A stretch of 64,000 nucleotides of DNA from Candidatus Foliamicus sp. (lineage in GTDB: Bacteria > Pseudomonadota > Gammaproteobacteria > Steroidobacterales > Foliamicaceae), in assembly GCA_965238055.1 (NCBI GenBank), contig OZ250178.1, forward strand, positions 2,649,184-2,713,183, in the 5' to 3' direction. The notes under the pieces are model-generated. The model was not told where the DNA came from. It saw only the letters and a program-made list of their open reading frames with translations, and searched no databases. Made by a program: the position numbers and the translations under genes. Positions 46,576-56,515 of the stretch are shown here, piece by piece; the first letter of the stretch is position 1, and every line of letters starts with the position of its first letter.

Positions 46576-47469
46576 TTGAATTCCGCAGCGCAATCGGTGG
46601 AACAGGTTCGCGACCTGCTTGCCGGGCACAACTACATTGCCGGCGACCGCCTGAGTACAGCCGTATTTCTGGCATTGAGCCTGAACCGCCCGCTCTTTCT
46701 GGAGGGGGAGGCCGGCGTAGGCAAAACTGAACTGGCCGTGGCGCTGGCCGCATCGCTCCAGCGCCGCCTGATCCGACTGCAATGCCATGAAGGTCTGGAT
46801 CTTGCCGGCGCCGCCTATGAGTGGAACCATGCGCGACAAATCCTGGCCATTCGGCTTGCCGAGGCTGAAGGCAAGGAGCGCGTCGAGGGTATGTCGGCAG
46901 ACCTGTATTCGCGTGAATACCTGATTGAACGCCCGCTGCTTGCGGCCCTCTCGCCCAGCCCGGAGGGACCCCCCGTTCTGCTGGTCGACGAGCTGGACCG
47001 CGCCGACGAGCCGTTCGAAGCTTATCTTCTTGAATTTCTGGCGGAATATCGAATGACCATTCCGGAATTGGGGGAGCTGAAGGCGTCTCAAGCGCCGATC
47101 GTCGTGCTGACGTCCAATCGCACCCGAGAGGTCCATGACGCACTCAAGCGCCGCTGTCTGTACTGTTGGGTGGACTATCCGACCCAGGCGGCCGAGGAGC
47201 GCATCCTTCAAGTCCGCGTTCCCGGACTGCCCGAAGCGCTGCGCGACAAAGTGGTCGGCTTCGTGCAGGGGCTGCGCAAGGAAGGCCTTTTCAAGTCGCC
47301 GGGCGTGTCCGAAACGCTGGATTGGGCTGAATCCCTCATGGCCATGAGTGCGCGCCAAGTGGATACCGAGGCCGTCTCAAAGACGCTGGGCGCCCTGCTG
47401 AAGTACCGGGAGGACCTCGAGCAGGTCGACGAGGCCGTTGTGGATCGTCTCCTTGCCGTCTCCGCCTGA
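46576..47469 (+). CDS. coxD: MoxR-family AAA+ ATPase CoxD
   Basis: LEGEAGVGKT, LQCHEG, LVDELDRAD, TSNRTREVHDALKRRC. Confidence 0.9.
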   Translation: MNSAAQSVEQVRDLLAGHNYIAGDRLSTAVFLALSLNRPLFLEGEAGVGKTELAVALAASLQRRLIRLQCHEGLDLAGAAYEWNHARQILAIRLAEAEGKERVEGMSADLYSREYLIERPLLAALSPSPEGPPVLLVDELDRADEPFEAYLLEFLAEYRMTIPELGELKASQAPIVVLTSNRTREVHDALKRRCLYCWVDYPTQAAEERILQVRVPGLPEALRDKVVGFVQGLRKEGLFKSPGVSETLDWAESLMAMSARQVDTEAVSKTLGALLKYREDLEQVDEAVVDRLLAVSA

Positions 47470-47471
47470 CT

Positions 47472-47564
47472 CCCCGTGAACGAGGGTGTCCCCTCTCTCA
47501 CCCCCCTGGGAACGAGGGCGTCCCCGCCCTCACCCCCCCTGGGAACGAGGGCGTCCCCGCCCTC
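47472..47564. repeat. REP-like cluster (3 copies)
   Basis: CCCTGGGAACGAGGGCGTCCCCGCCCTC twice plus a degenerate copy. Confidence 0.85.
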
Positions 47565-47583
47565 AATAGACGACCAGGAGCCC

Positions 47584-48735
47584 GTGAGCACACCAAGTAA
47601 CGATCCAGCCCTGTCCCGGCGCATCGTAAGCCTGGTGCGCACGTTGCGCGCGGCGGGATTGCCGCTGGGCGTCGGCAGAACCGCCCTGGCGCTTGAGTCC
47701 GCCGGGCACATCGATATCGGCAATCGCGCCGAGTTTTCCGCGGCGCTGCGGTCCGTCCTGACCGCCAGCCCCGCCGAGGGCGTGCTGTTCGATTGCGCCT
47801 TCCAGATGTTCTTCGGCAACGCCGCGGCCTTTGCACGTCTTGGAGACCTGCATGCGCTTGGATTGCGTTCCCTGGGCGACGTCAAGCCCCCGCCCGGCGC
47901 CTTGCGCCTGCTGCGCGCAATGGACAGCGCATCCAACCTGATTGCCGCCCCCGGCGCCCAGCAGGCGGTTGCCGGCGTTGGTTACTCGCCCCAGGAACGG
48001 CTTGCAACGAAGGATTTCGCCCAGATGACACCCGAAGAACAGGCCCAGGCGCGGGAACTGCTACGGCGTGGCGTGCTCTGTCCCAAACGCCTGGGACGAC
48101 GTTACAGGGCCGCCGCGCATGGCCCGCGCATTGACTTGCAGCGCACGCTACGCGCCGGTGTCGCATCCGGTGGAGAATTGACCCAACTGAAACGCAAGGC
48201 ACGCCGGGCAGAACCAATGCCGCTGGTGCTCTTGTTCGACGTGTCCGGATCCATGACCGCCTATGCGCGAATGGCGATCCATTTCGCCCACGCGCTTTGC
48301 AGCGCCCGGCGGACAGTCGAAATATTCGTGTTTGCCACGCGATTGACCCGCGTGACCCGCGAACTGCGTGGGCGGGACGCCGACGTTGCAACGGCCGCGG
48401 CACTGGCTGCGGCGCCGGATTGGGAAGGCGGCACCCGTATTGCATCCGCACTGGGCCAATTCAACCGCCAGTGGTCCCGGCGCGTCCTGGCGCGCCCCGG
48501 CATGGTCCTGTTGTTCAGTGACGGCCTGGAACGCGCCTTCGTCGAGAAGCTGTGTTTTGAGGCGGCGCGATTACGGCGCTCCTGCAAGCGGCTTGTGTGG
48601 TTGAACCCGCTGCTTCGTTACGAGGACTTCCAGCCCAGCGCCCGCGGTGTGAAAGCGCTGTTGCCGGCCGTGCACGAACATCGCTCGGCCCACAACGTCG
48701 ACAGCCTTCTGGGCCTGGCCGACGCACTCGAATAA
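47584..48735 (+). CDS. coxE: VWA-domain protein CoxE
   Basis: LFDVSGSM (MIDAS), FATRLTRVT, GGTRI, SDGLER, WLNPL; GTG 47584 follows a CAGGAG RBS. Confidence 0.85.
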   Translation: MSTPSNDPALSRRIVSLVRTLRAAGLPLGVGRTALALESAGHIDIGNRAEFSAALRSVLTASPAEGVLFDCAFQMFFGNAAAFARLGDLHALGLRSLGDVKPPPGALRLLRAMDSASNLIAAPGAQQAVAGVGYSPQERLATKDFAQMTPEEQAQARELLRRGVLCPKRLGRRYRAAAHGPRIDLQRTLRAGVASGGELTQLKRKARRAEPMPLVLLFDVSGSMTAYARMAIHFAHALCSARRTVEIFVFATRLTRVTRELRGRDADVATAAALAAAPDWEGGTRIASALGQFNRQWSRRVLARPGMVLLFSDGLERAFVEKLCFEAARLRRSCKRLVWLNPLLRYEDFQPSARGVKALLPAVHEHRSAHNVDSLLGLADALE

Positions 48736-48876
48736 GCGCCCCGGCGAGCGTATACAGTCCAGGGATCCGCAAGTCGCGTTTCAACAAATTCAGCTACAGG
48801 GAGGCCGCACTTGAGACTGATTTCAGGTTAATCTAGGCGCAGCGTTCCAGTTGTCCGTTGGTATCCGCAGAGCAAA

Positions 48877-50217
48877 GTGAAGAATCTCTCCCTGGAATCG
48901 TTTATGGCCGGAGTCGTGCGGCGGAATCTCGGTGAGACTGAGTTCCATCAGGCGGTCAAGGAAGTCGCGGTTGACATTTTCCCCTTCGAAGCGGAACACC
49001 CCCTCTACCGCGAGGCGCGGGTATTTGAGCGACTGGCCGAGCCGGACCGCGTTGTTTCCTTCCGCGTGTGCTGGGAAACGGACCAGCGCCGGATCGAGAT
49101 CAACCGGGGCTACCGCGTCCAGTGGAACAATGCCATCGGCCCGTACAAAGGGGGCTTGAGGTTCCATCCGTCCGTCAACCAGAGCATCCTGAAGTTTCTC
49201 GCTTTCGAACAGACGTTCAAGAACAGCCTGACCGGCCTGCCGATGGGTGGCGCCAAGGGCGGATCGGATTTTGATCCCAAGGGCAGGTCCGATGCCGAGA
49301 TCATGCGCTTTTGCCAGGCATTCATGACGGAACTGCATCAGCATATCGGCCCCAACGTTGACGTCCCGGCGGGTGACATTGGGGTTGGCGGGCGGGAAAT
49401 CGGGTATTTGTTTGGCCAGTACAAGCGTCTGAGAAACGCTTTTGAACCTGTGATTACGGGGAAGGCTCTTGAGTTTGGCGGCTCTTACCTGCGCCCGGAA
49501 GCAACGGGCTTCGGAGTCGTTTACATGATGGAAGAGATGCTGGCGCTCCGAAACGAGGAACTGGCCGGCAAGACTTGCGTCGTATCGGGCTCCGGAAACG
49601 TTGCCTTGCATTGCTGTCAGCGACTCATCCACATGGGCGCCAAGGTCGTGACGCTTTCTGATTCCTCCGGATTTGTCCATGACCCGGCGGGGCTTGATTC
49701 CGAGAAATTCGCCTGGGCGTACGATCTCAAGCTGTCGCGGCGTGGCCGGATCGAGGAGTATGCGAAGGAATTCGGGTGCGACTTTCATCCCCACGCCCGG
49801 CCCTGGGCAGTGCCCTGCGATCTGGCGTTTCCCTGCGCTACGCAGAATGAACTCGATGAGGCGGATGCGCGCCGTTTGATCAAAGGCGGGTGCCAGGCGA
49901 TCGCCGAAGGCGCGAATATGCCTTCCACACCGGCAGTCATGAAATTCCTGGTGAAGGCTCAAGTGCCCCACATGCCGGGAAAGGCCGCCAATGCGGGAGG
50001 CGTCGCCGTATCAGGCCTTGAGATGAGCCAGAACAGCCAGCGCTCAATCTGGTCGCGGGGAGAAGTGAACATGAAACTGCGCGACATCATTCGGAACATT
50101 CACGAACAGTGTGTCCATTACGGCGAGGAGTCCGGGTTCGTCAACTATTGCCGAGGAGCCAATATAGGCGGCTATACAAAGATCGCCGAAGCTATGCTGG
50201 CCTACGGCGTGGTCTAA
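48877..50217 (+). CDS. gdhA: NADP-specific glutamate dehydrogenase
   Basis: GPYKGGLRFHP, GGAKGGSDFDPK, DVPAGDIG, RPEATG, GSGNVA, EGANMP. Confidence 0.95.
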   Translation: MKNLSLESFMAGVVRRNLGETEFHQAVKEVAVDIFPFEAEHPLYREARVFERLAEPDRVVSFRVCWETDQRRIEINRGYRVQWNNAIGPYKGGLRFHPSVNQSILKFLAFEQTFKNSLTGLPMGGAKGGSDFDPKGRSDAEIMRFCQAFMTELHQHIGPNVDVPAGDIGVGGREIGYLFGQYKRLRNAFEPVITGKALEFGGSYLRPEATGFGVVYMMEEMLALRNEELAGKTCVVSGSGNVALHCCQRLIHMGAKVVTLSDSSGFVHDPAGLDSEKFAWAYDLKLSRRGRIEEYAKEFGCDFHPHARPWAVPCDLAFPCATQNELDEADARRLIKGGCQAIAEGANMPSTPAVMKFLVKAQVPHMPGKAANAGGVAVSGLEMSQNSQRSIWSRGEVNMKLRDIIRNIHEQCVHYGEESGFVNYCRGANIGGYTKIAEAMLAYGVV

Positions 50218-50375
50218 TGTCGTGTCCCGCAAATACCTTCACTAATCTGCGGTCCTTTTTTCTCCCCGGCGGCGTTGCTCCTCCTTATGTGGAGCCTGCC
50301 ACACTGCGTCGTCGCGCCTTGCCGGGAAGAAAAAATGCCTCGCATCTCAAGCAAAGTTATTTGCGGGACACGACA
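50218..50375. mobile_element. 158-bp MITE-like element with 18-bp perfect terminal inverted repeats
   Basis: TGTCGTGTCCCGCAAATA ... TATTTGCGGGACACGACA, flanked by CTAA and CTAG; the left flank contains the gdhA stop. Confidence 0.75.
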
Positions 50376-50445
50376 CTAGCGGCCTGATTGTTATCATTGA
50401 GCGAGCTGTTGGCTCGCGTCAGGTCTTTGCAAAGGAGAGAAGCAG

Positions 50446-51302
50446 TTGACTACGACACCTTTCACCCATATTGATACAGATGCCATACCCTGGGAGCCCA
50501 ACCCGGGCATCCCCGGTTTCAAGCGGCGGCTGTTGGCTTTCGACGAGGCGACAAGCGCCGAGATCAGGATGGACTACGTGCCGCCCGGCACCGTGCCCGA
50601 CGTGATCCAGCTACCCCACCGCCACTATCACAACTCCGTAACGGAACGGGCCTATTGCCTGTTCGGTGACTTTCCTCATTGGGAGTTTTCCCGGGTAGAA
50701 GACGAGGAAGGCGAGTTGGTAATGTTCCGCCGCCATCTGTTCATGGACCGGCCACCGAAGAGCATTCACGGGCTCATGCCCGAACCGCTTTCCGAAACGG
50801 GGTCAACGCTCCTGTACTGGAACACGGGACCGGGCACGGGTGTGGCCGAGCCGGAAGCGCCAAGGGAAACGGTTACGATTCCTTTCAACGGCCGTGCCGA
50901 TGATTACCGCACCGATTTCGCCGATGCCCGTCTGTTCGACAGTTGCGAGGTCGCCTGGCAGCAGCATCCCTTGGTGGCCGGCTGGAAAATCAACCCTTGG
51001 CCGGGGCCGTCGAGCACTCCGGGGCGGTCTGCCTCGTGCATATTCCCGCCGATTGGACTGCGTCAGGCGAACCCTTGAGGGTGATCGGAGATGAATCACA
51101 GCCCTGGCTGTTTGTTATTTCCGGCGACATTGGCCTTCACGTTGCGGAGAACGGATCGCAGCACGATTTGGCGTTGCGGGACGGCGGGTTTCTCTTGTGG
51201 CGTACCGGCACGGCGCTTGGCGTGCCACACGTATCGGCTACCGATGGCGGATGCGTGCTGCTTTGCATCGGCCACGACCTGGCCACTGCTGGTGGAGGCT
51301 AA
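50446..51302 (+). pseudogene. Two-domain cupin (ChrR-like) protein with a single frameshift near 50990
   Basis: The first frame has HRHYH..E and MDRPP..IHG up to WKIN; the second frame continues PLAGAVEH...LLWR..CVLLCIGH to TAA 51302. Confidence 0.6.
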
Positions 51303-52597
51303 GCTTCGGGCGTAGTCTGAGGGTCTATCGCCGGGCCCAGGCAGGACGCGTTCAGATCGGCGCGGGTGGGCAACGGTCCGGCTTCCGAGCCTTGAAGACC
51401 GTCTATCTCACGCGTGAACAGGTTGGGCAGCATGGCGTCATCCCAGGTTGGGCCGTCGTGGCCCGTGCGCAGGATCACGAGTTCCCGGGAAGGGATCATG
51501 TAGACGCGCTGGTCGCCGGCGCCGTCGAGAAAGAACACGTCATCGGCCCTGAACGGTTCCGAGTGCCGGTTGCCCAGGAAGGTGATGTCCGGATCGTAGG
51601 TCCTCAAAGGCTCGTAGGACGTACCCAGCCATAGCTGCATGCCATAGTTCTCGTAGGCCACTGATGGGGTAGTCATCTCGTCTACCCAGCCTTGGGGGAT
51701 CACTTGCCGCCCCGCATAGCACCCGTCCTGCATCAGGGTCTGGCCGATTCGCACCCAATCCTCGATTGCGGTCCACATGCAGCAATCGGTGTGCACCATG
51801 CCATCCGGCCGATCCAAAAACAGCCAGCCATCACGCAAGCCCAGCGGCGCCCAGAACTTCTCCGACAGGTAATCGGCGAAGCGCTGTCCGGTTGCCCTTT
51901 GTACGACTATGCCGGCCACCTGGCTATTCGGATTGGCATGAGAAAACGCCGTGCCAGGGGGTGTCTTGAGTCCGACTTCGAGGTTTGCCGAAACGATATC
52001 AGTTCCCATCGTCCGGGCAAGACGAGCTGAACCGGGCCAGAAATCGAAGGTTTCCTCAAGCCCTCCCGCCATGTTCAGGAGGTCCCGGACGGTGATATCG
52101 CGCCTCTCTTCCGTGTCCCATTCGGGGATGAAATCCGCGGCCGGCTGATCGACCGACTTCATGTGGCCATCGGCGATCGCATGCCCGACCAGGATCGAAC
52201 TCAAGACCTTTGTGAGCGAATGCGCGCTAAATTCTGTTTCCGGCGCGCGCTCGTTGAAATAGCTGGCGTGGGCCAACCGGCCCTTGTAAAGCACCACCAG
52301 CGAGTCGCTTTCCTGCTGCTGCGCCCACAATGCGGCATCTTCGTAAACGGCCGGGTCGATCGGGTTCTTATTCTCCGGCCATGGGTCCAGCGGCGTCGGA
52401 TCGCTTCCCGCCACGCGTTCAAGGGGGTCGTAATAGGGGCGCGCAGGGTTCATGGGATTGCCGCTCATCGACACGACATAGCGTTTGGCGTAGATCCCGT
52501 ACAAATCGAGCCGGGCAGGCAGGTAGAAAAGGATGCCGATGGCCCCGATCCCGATCAACAGCCATTTGCCGGTAGTCTTGAGCTTGCGCAAGAACAT
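51299..52597 (-). CDS. Membrane-anchored serine hydrolase (beta-lactamase class C/NylB-like fold) 1
   Basis: SAHSLTK (SxxK), FSHANPN, LLNMAGGL, LDGAGDQR. Confidence 0.85.
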   Translation of the reverse strand: MFLRKLKTTGKWLLIGIGAIGILFYLPARLDLYGIYAKRYVVSMSGNPMNPARPYYDPLERVAGSDPTPLDPWPENKNPIDPAVYEDAALWAQQQESDSLVVLYKGRLAHASYFNERAPETEFSAHSLTKVLSSILVGHAIADGHMKSVDQPAADFIPEWDTEERRDITVRDLLNMAGGLEETFDFWPGSARLARTMGTDIVSANLEVGLKTPPGTAFSHANPNSQVAGIVVQRATGQRFADYLSEKFWAPLGLRDGWLFLDRPDGMVHTDCCMWTAIEDWVRIGQTLMQDGCYAGRQVIPQGWVDEMTTPSVAYENYGMQLWLGTSYEPLRTYDPDITFLGNRHSEPFRADDVFFLDGAGDQRVYMIPSRELVILRTGHDGPTWDDAMLPNLFTREIDGLQGSEAGPLPTRADLNASCLGPAIDPQTTPEA

Positions 52598-52612
52598 AAT
52601 CGTTCCCCCTCC

Positions 52613-53461
52613 TTAATTCGAATCCGCTTCTTCGGCGGCTGCTTCCGGCTCCGGCCGACCGGGAAGAATGCCGCCGTACAGCATAGCGTCGCCATACATG
52701 GGCGTCTGCCATAGCTGCTCGGAGAAGCGTGGAATGGCCATGGCCGCGACCGGGAAGCACTGGACGATGTAGTCCGGTTCTACCGGCAGGCCCTGCAGGG
52801 CATAGCAGAAGAAATCGCGGTCGTCGATGTGCCAGAACCCATCTACGCCTTCCATGCTGGAGCTGACCGAGCCGTCCTTGTTGAAGTAGGCGTCGAAGAC
52901 GAACTCCTGTTCCTCATCCACCCAGCGGTAGTGCGTGGTGTTGTACATCAAGTGGTTCCAGAATCTCGGAAAGCGCTCTGCGGGCGGCTTGGTCTTGTCG
53001 GTTTCCAGAGCAGCCAGGTCGATACCCGGGCGAGGCCAATCCGCGCCGCCGGTTTCCATCATCATGAACGAGATCATGGCCAGGCGGTCCCGGTCGGGGA
53101 CCGGCTCGGGAATGAGCATGGTGTTGCCGGGCAGGTAGCCATCGGGGTTGGCGAGCCAGTCGTCCACGCGGTCCGGTGTCCAGGCGAACCCGGCATTTCT
53201 CATTGCCTCGGAGTAACTGAATTCTTCCCTGGAGCCGGCGGTCTGGCCGATCACGCTCCATAGGTTGGGGCCGGCCAGGTGCAAGGCCCCTTCGGCCAGG
53301 GTATGGCAGGCGCTGCAGCGTTGCTGGAAGGCCAGGCGGCCACGCAAGTAGTCGGCTTCGGCCAGTGTCTCGCGGGTAAGGCGCTCCTGGGCGCCGGCGG
53401 GCGAGCCTGGCAAGGATGCGGCGATGGCAACAAGGGCAACTGCTATTGCGACGTGTTTCAT
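52613..53461 (-). CDS. Class I cytochrome c (c2-like) fused to an unrecognised C-terminal domain
   Basis: Signal peptide; CSACH, GPNL, YSEAM, PGNTM; about 140 extra residues with two Cys. Confidence 0.85.
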   Translation of the reverse strand: MKHVAIAVALVAIAASLPGSPAGAQERLTRETLAEADYLRGRLAFQQRCSACHTLAEGALHLAGPNLWSVIGQTAGSREEFSYSEAMRNAGFAWTPDRVDDWLANPDGYLPGNTMLIPEPVPDRDRLAMISFMMMETGGADWPRPGIDLAALETDKTKPPAERFPRFWNHLMYNTTHYRWVDEEQEFVFDAYFNKDGSVSSSMEGVDGFWHIDDRDFFCYALQGLPVEPDYIVQCFPVAAMAIPRFSEQLWQTPMYGDAMLYGGILPGRPEPEAAAEEADSN

Positions 53462-53462
53462 T

Positions 53463-53888
53463 TCAAGGCGCTCCATATTTTTTCACCATGTATTCCACCG
53501 ATGAACCAACCAGTTCTTCCAGGACCGAGAGATCCACGTCGTCGAGCTTGTTGATGTAAAGGCAGGACTTGCCGGTCTTGAACTTGCCCAGCTTCCCCAT
53601 CAGGGCGTCGTATCGCTGGAACCCGGGAAGAATGTAGACGGTAAGCGCCTTCTTGCGCGGTGAAAAACCGGTGATCAGAAAGTCGCCTTCACGCCCGCTT
53701 TCGTATTTGTAGTGATACTCGCCGAATCCGACAATGCTGGGTCCCCACATCTTCGGCTCCCACCCGGTAATGCGTTCCATCATTGCCCTGACGATGCGGG
53801 CATCCTGCCGCCGGCGTTCATTGCCAACGGCATCGATGAAAGCATCGACGCTCGAGTGGGTCTGGCGAGTCTTGTTCTGGTTCTTCAA
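53463..53888 (-). CDS. DUF1801 (YdhG-like) protein
   Basis: PKMWGPSIVGFGEYHY..ESGREGD..GFSPRK..LGKFKTGKSCLYI. Confidence 0.9.
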   Translation of the reverse strand: MKNQNKTRQTHSSVDAFIDAVGNERRRQDARIVRAMMERITGWEPKMWGPSIVGFGEYHYKYESGREGDFLITGFSPRKKALTVYILPGFQRYDALMGKLGKFKTGKSCLYINKLDDVDLSVLEELVGSSVEYMVKKYGAP

Positions 53889-53900
53889 TGCGTGGCCCGA

Positions 53901-55178
53901 TTACCGGATCCCGCGAATGATCGTGTTGGGGATTACAGCTTCGTCGAAACCCTTGTCCCGCGGTGGCGGATAGCCCATCCGCAGCACGATCAGGTCCAGC
54001 CCGGGGCTGATCCAGATCCTCACCTTGCCGCCGCCGTCCAGGTAGAGCAGATCGTCCGCCGCAAATGGTTCCGATTGATAGTTCGCAAACTGGATCGGCA
54101 TGCTCGGGTAGTAGGGACGCCGCTCCATGTATACCGTGTCGGTCCAGATCTGAAAGCCGTAGTTGGGGTTGGGCTCGGAACCGGTAAGCATCTCATCCAC
54201 CCAGCCATCAGGAAGCAATTGAGAGCCGTCCGGCAGACGCCCGCCGTTCATGAGCAGATGAGCGATGCGCATCCAGTCCGCAGGCGCGGACAGAAAACAG
54301 CAGTAGGAAACGACATTGCCATCAAGACTGTCCAGGCGCATGGCGCCGCGCTGGGCGCCCAGGGGCTTCCACAGCTTCTCCCCCAGGTAGTGGGCGAAGT
54401 TTCTGCCGGTGGCGCGGTGAAGGATCATGCCGGCGAGCTGGGTATTGGGGTTGTTGTGGGCGAAGGCTGCGCCCGGCTCATTGGCCAGTTTGAAGGAAAG
54501 CACGGCGCCGTTGACATCGGTCCCCTCCACCAACTGCATCATTTTCGAATAGGGCTGTGGAGCCTGACCGCGCTGACCGAAGGGCAGCTCCAGTCCGGTC
54601 GTGTTGTGGAGCACGTGGCGAACGGTAATCTTGCCGCGGGGATCGCCTTTCCATTCGTGGATATATTTCTCGACCGGATCGTCGAGGCTCTCGATATCGC
54701 CATCAGCCAGGGCAAAACCGGCGAGTATCCCGTGCAGGGTCTTTACCCAGGAATGAGAACTGATGGCAGAGGTTGCGTGAAAGCCGTCCATGAACGCCGC
54801 GTGACGAATCTTGCCCTGGTGGTAGATCATGAAGGCCTGGGTTTCCCGCTCCATTGCGTAGCTTGTGGCGGCGGCAATTGCATCGGGATCGATGGTGGCC
54901 GGCTCACCCGGATCCGCGTAGGGGAAAAAGGGCTGTGCGACCCCGCCATCCACCAGGATCATGGGGTTGTACCACGTCTGGGGCTGTCGGAAAGCGGCCT
55001 GGTCCGGCTGGTCACGCCATCGTCGCCAGAAATCAAAGTCCTGGGACTCCACCTCGTTGACCCACTCCATCCTGGCCTGGATTTCCTCGGGCGTCATTTG
55101 CCGATCCGGCTGACCCTGGGCCGTTGCCACGGTAGAAGCCAGCAGCACTGCGGCGGCAAGTCGTTGTCCGGTGTTCAT
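53901..55178 (-). CDS. Exported serine hydrolase (beta-lactamase-like fold) 2
   Basis: SSHSWVK (SxxK), FAHNNPN, LDGGGK; signal-like start MNTGQRL at 55178. Confidence 0.85.
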   Translation of the reverse strand: MNTGQRLAAAVLLASTVATAQGQPDRQMTPEEIQARMEWVNEVESQDFDFWRRWRDQPDQAAFRQPQTWYNPMILVDGGVAQPFFPYADPGEPATIDPDAIAAATSYAMERETQAFMIYHQGKIRHAAFMDGFHATSAISSHSWVKTLHGILAGFALADGDIESLDDPVEKYIHEWKGDPRGKITVRHVLHNTTGLELPFGQRGQAPQPYSKMMQLVEGTDVNGAVLSFKLANEPGAAFAHNNPNTQLAGMILHRATGRNFAHYLGEKLWKPLGAQRGAMRLDSLDGNVVSYCCFLSAPADWMRIAHLLMNGGRLPDGSQLLPDGWVDEMLTGSEPNPNYGFQIWTDTVYMERRPYYPSMPIQFANYQSEPFAADDLLYLDGGGKVRIWISPGLDLIVLRMGYPPPRDKGFDEAVIPNTIIRGIR

Positions 55179-55191
55179 AGCGTGGCTCCTC

Positions 55192-56373
55192 TCAGCGGAG
55201 TCCGGCGAGCAGCAGGTTCGGGAGACGCGCATCGTCCCAGTCTCCCGCCAGCGCGCCGGTGCGCACGATCACGATGTCGGCGCTGGGAATAATGTATACA
55301 CGCTGGCCGCCGAAGCCGTCAAAAAACGCCACGTCGCCGGCAGCGTAAGGCTCCGAATGATAGGCCTGAAGCGTGGCCTTGGAGTTGTAGGGGCGCTGCT
55401 CGACATACTCGTTGCCCAGCCAGGTGAGAAAGCCATAGTTGGGGTTGGTGGGCCCCGGTTTGCGTATCTCCGCCATCCAATCTTCCGGTACTACCTGGCG
55501 GCCGTTTGCCCTGCCCTTGTGCAGATGCAGCAGACCCAGGCGCAGCCAGCCGCGCGCGGTCACGTCAAGGCAACAGTAGCTGCGCGCCATGCCGCCCTCG
55601 GTGTCCATCTGTATCCAACCTTCTCCTGCGGCCAGCGGTTTCCAAAGAGCCTGGTTGAAGTAATCGGGATAGGAACGCCCCGTGGCACTCTCGATCATCA
55701 GGCCCAGCACCAGGGGATTCACGCTGTTGTACTCAAAGTTCGTCTCGGGCGGTTCCACCGCCGGCTGCGCCATCGTGATCGGGTTCATGTCCTGACCCAC
55801 CAGCAGGCCCATCATGGTACCCAGGCTGCCGAACGCGAACGTGGGGAAGTCGATACCGCTGGTTTGCCAGAGAACCTGCCGCAGCGTGATCGCGGCGCGT
55901 TCATCGTCCGCCCATTCCGGCAGGTAGCGGCTCACCGGGTCGTCAACCGACGAAATGTGCCCCTCGGCTATGGCGATACCGACCGGAATGGCCACAACCG
56001 ATTTGTGCATGGACTGCGTTGAAGTGAGCGTGTACTCGTCGGCGTCTTCGTAGTAGTGTTCCAGCTGGATGCCGCCGCCTTGCCAGACGATCAGCGCCGC
56101 GGAGCCGGTCTCGGCGCCGTAGTCCAGGGCTGCTTGAAGACTTTCTATGGACACGCCGCGCTCGCCGAACGAGGCTTTGGGGAGCGGCTGCTCGGGGGCG
56201 CCGGGCGCCAACTGCATGTGTCCGGGCCGCTCACCGGCGAACTGGCCGAAAAAGCGGACGGTTTCCGTAGGCTTCGCGACCAGGAAAGCCAGCACGATCA
56301 GCAGAACCAGGCCGGCGACTCCGCCCACCGCCCAGGCGATGGTCAGGCCGAATATTCGCAGCAATTTCTTCAC
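55192..56373 (-). CDS. Membrane-anchored serine hydrolase (beta-lactamase-like fold) 3
   Basis: TQSMHK (SxxK), FEYNS, FDGFGGQR. Confidence 0.85.
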   Translation of the reverse strand: MKKLLRIFGLTIAWAVGGVAGLVLLIVLAFLVAKPTETVRFFGQFAGERPGHMQLAPGAPEQPLPKASFGERGVSIESLQAALDYGAETGSAALIVWQGGGIQLEHYYEDADEYTLTSTQSMHKSVVAIPVGIAIAEGHISSVDDPVSRYLPEWADDERAAITLRQVLWQTSGIDFPTFAFGSLGTMMGLLVGQDMNPITMAQPAVEPPETNFEYNSVNPLVLGLMIESATGRSYPDYFNQALWKPLAAGEGWIQMDTEGGMARSYCCLDVTARGWLRLGLLHLHKGRANGRQVVPEDWMAEIRKPGPTNPNYGFLTWLGNEYVEQRPYNSKATLQAYHSEPYAAGDVAFFDGFGGQRVYIIPSADIVIVRTGALAGDWDDARLPNLLLAGLR

Positions 56374-56515
56374 GGAATGGTTTCGAAGCCCCGACTGAGC
56401 GCGTAATCATATCCGGCTTGTGTCGGTCTCCCCTGCCATGGCGCGGTGGACTGGGGCGCTCTTTCGCGTTCCGTGCGGGCTAGAATTTGCGCGTTATGCG
56501 ATTGCGCAAGAGACG

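Noticed and set aside
53712-55292. Long antisense ORFs (also 9563-10624, 23187-24386, 31205-32734, 48823-49971, 60224-61150)
   Set aside because: They are shadows of well-supported genes on the opposite strand in high-GC DNA and carry no family motifs.
51299-56373. Beta-lactam resistance genes
   Set aside because: SxxK-fold hydrolases are mostly esterases or amidases; the class C KTG motif is absent and two copies lack the Tyr.
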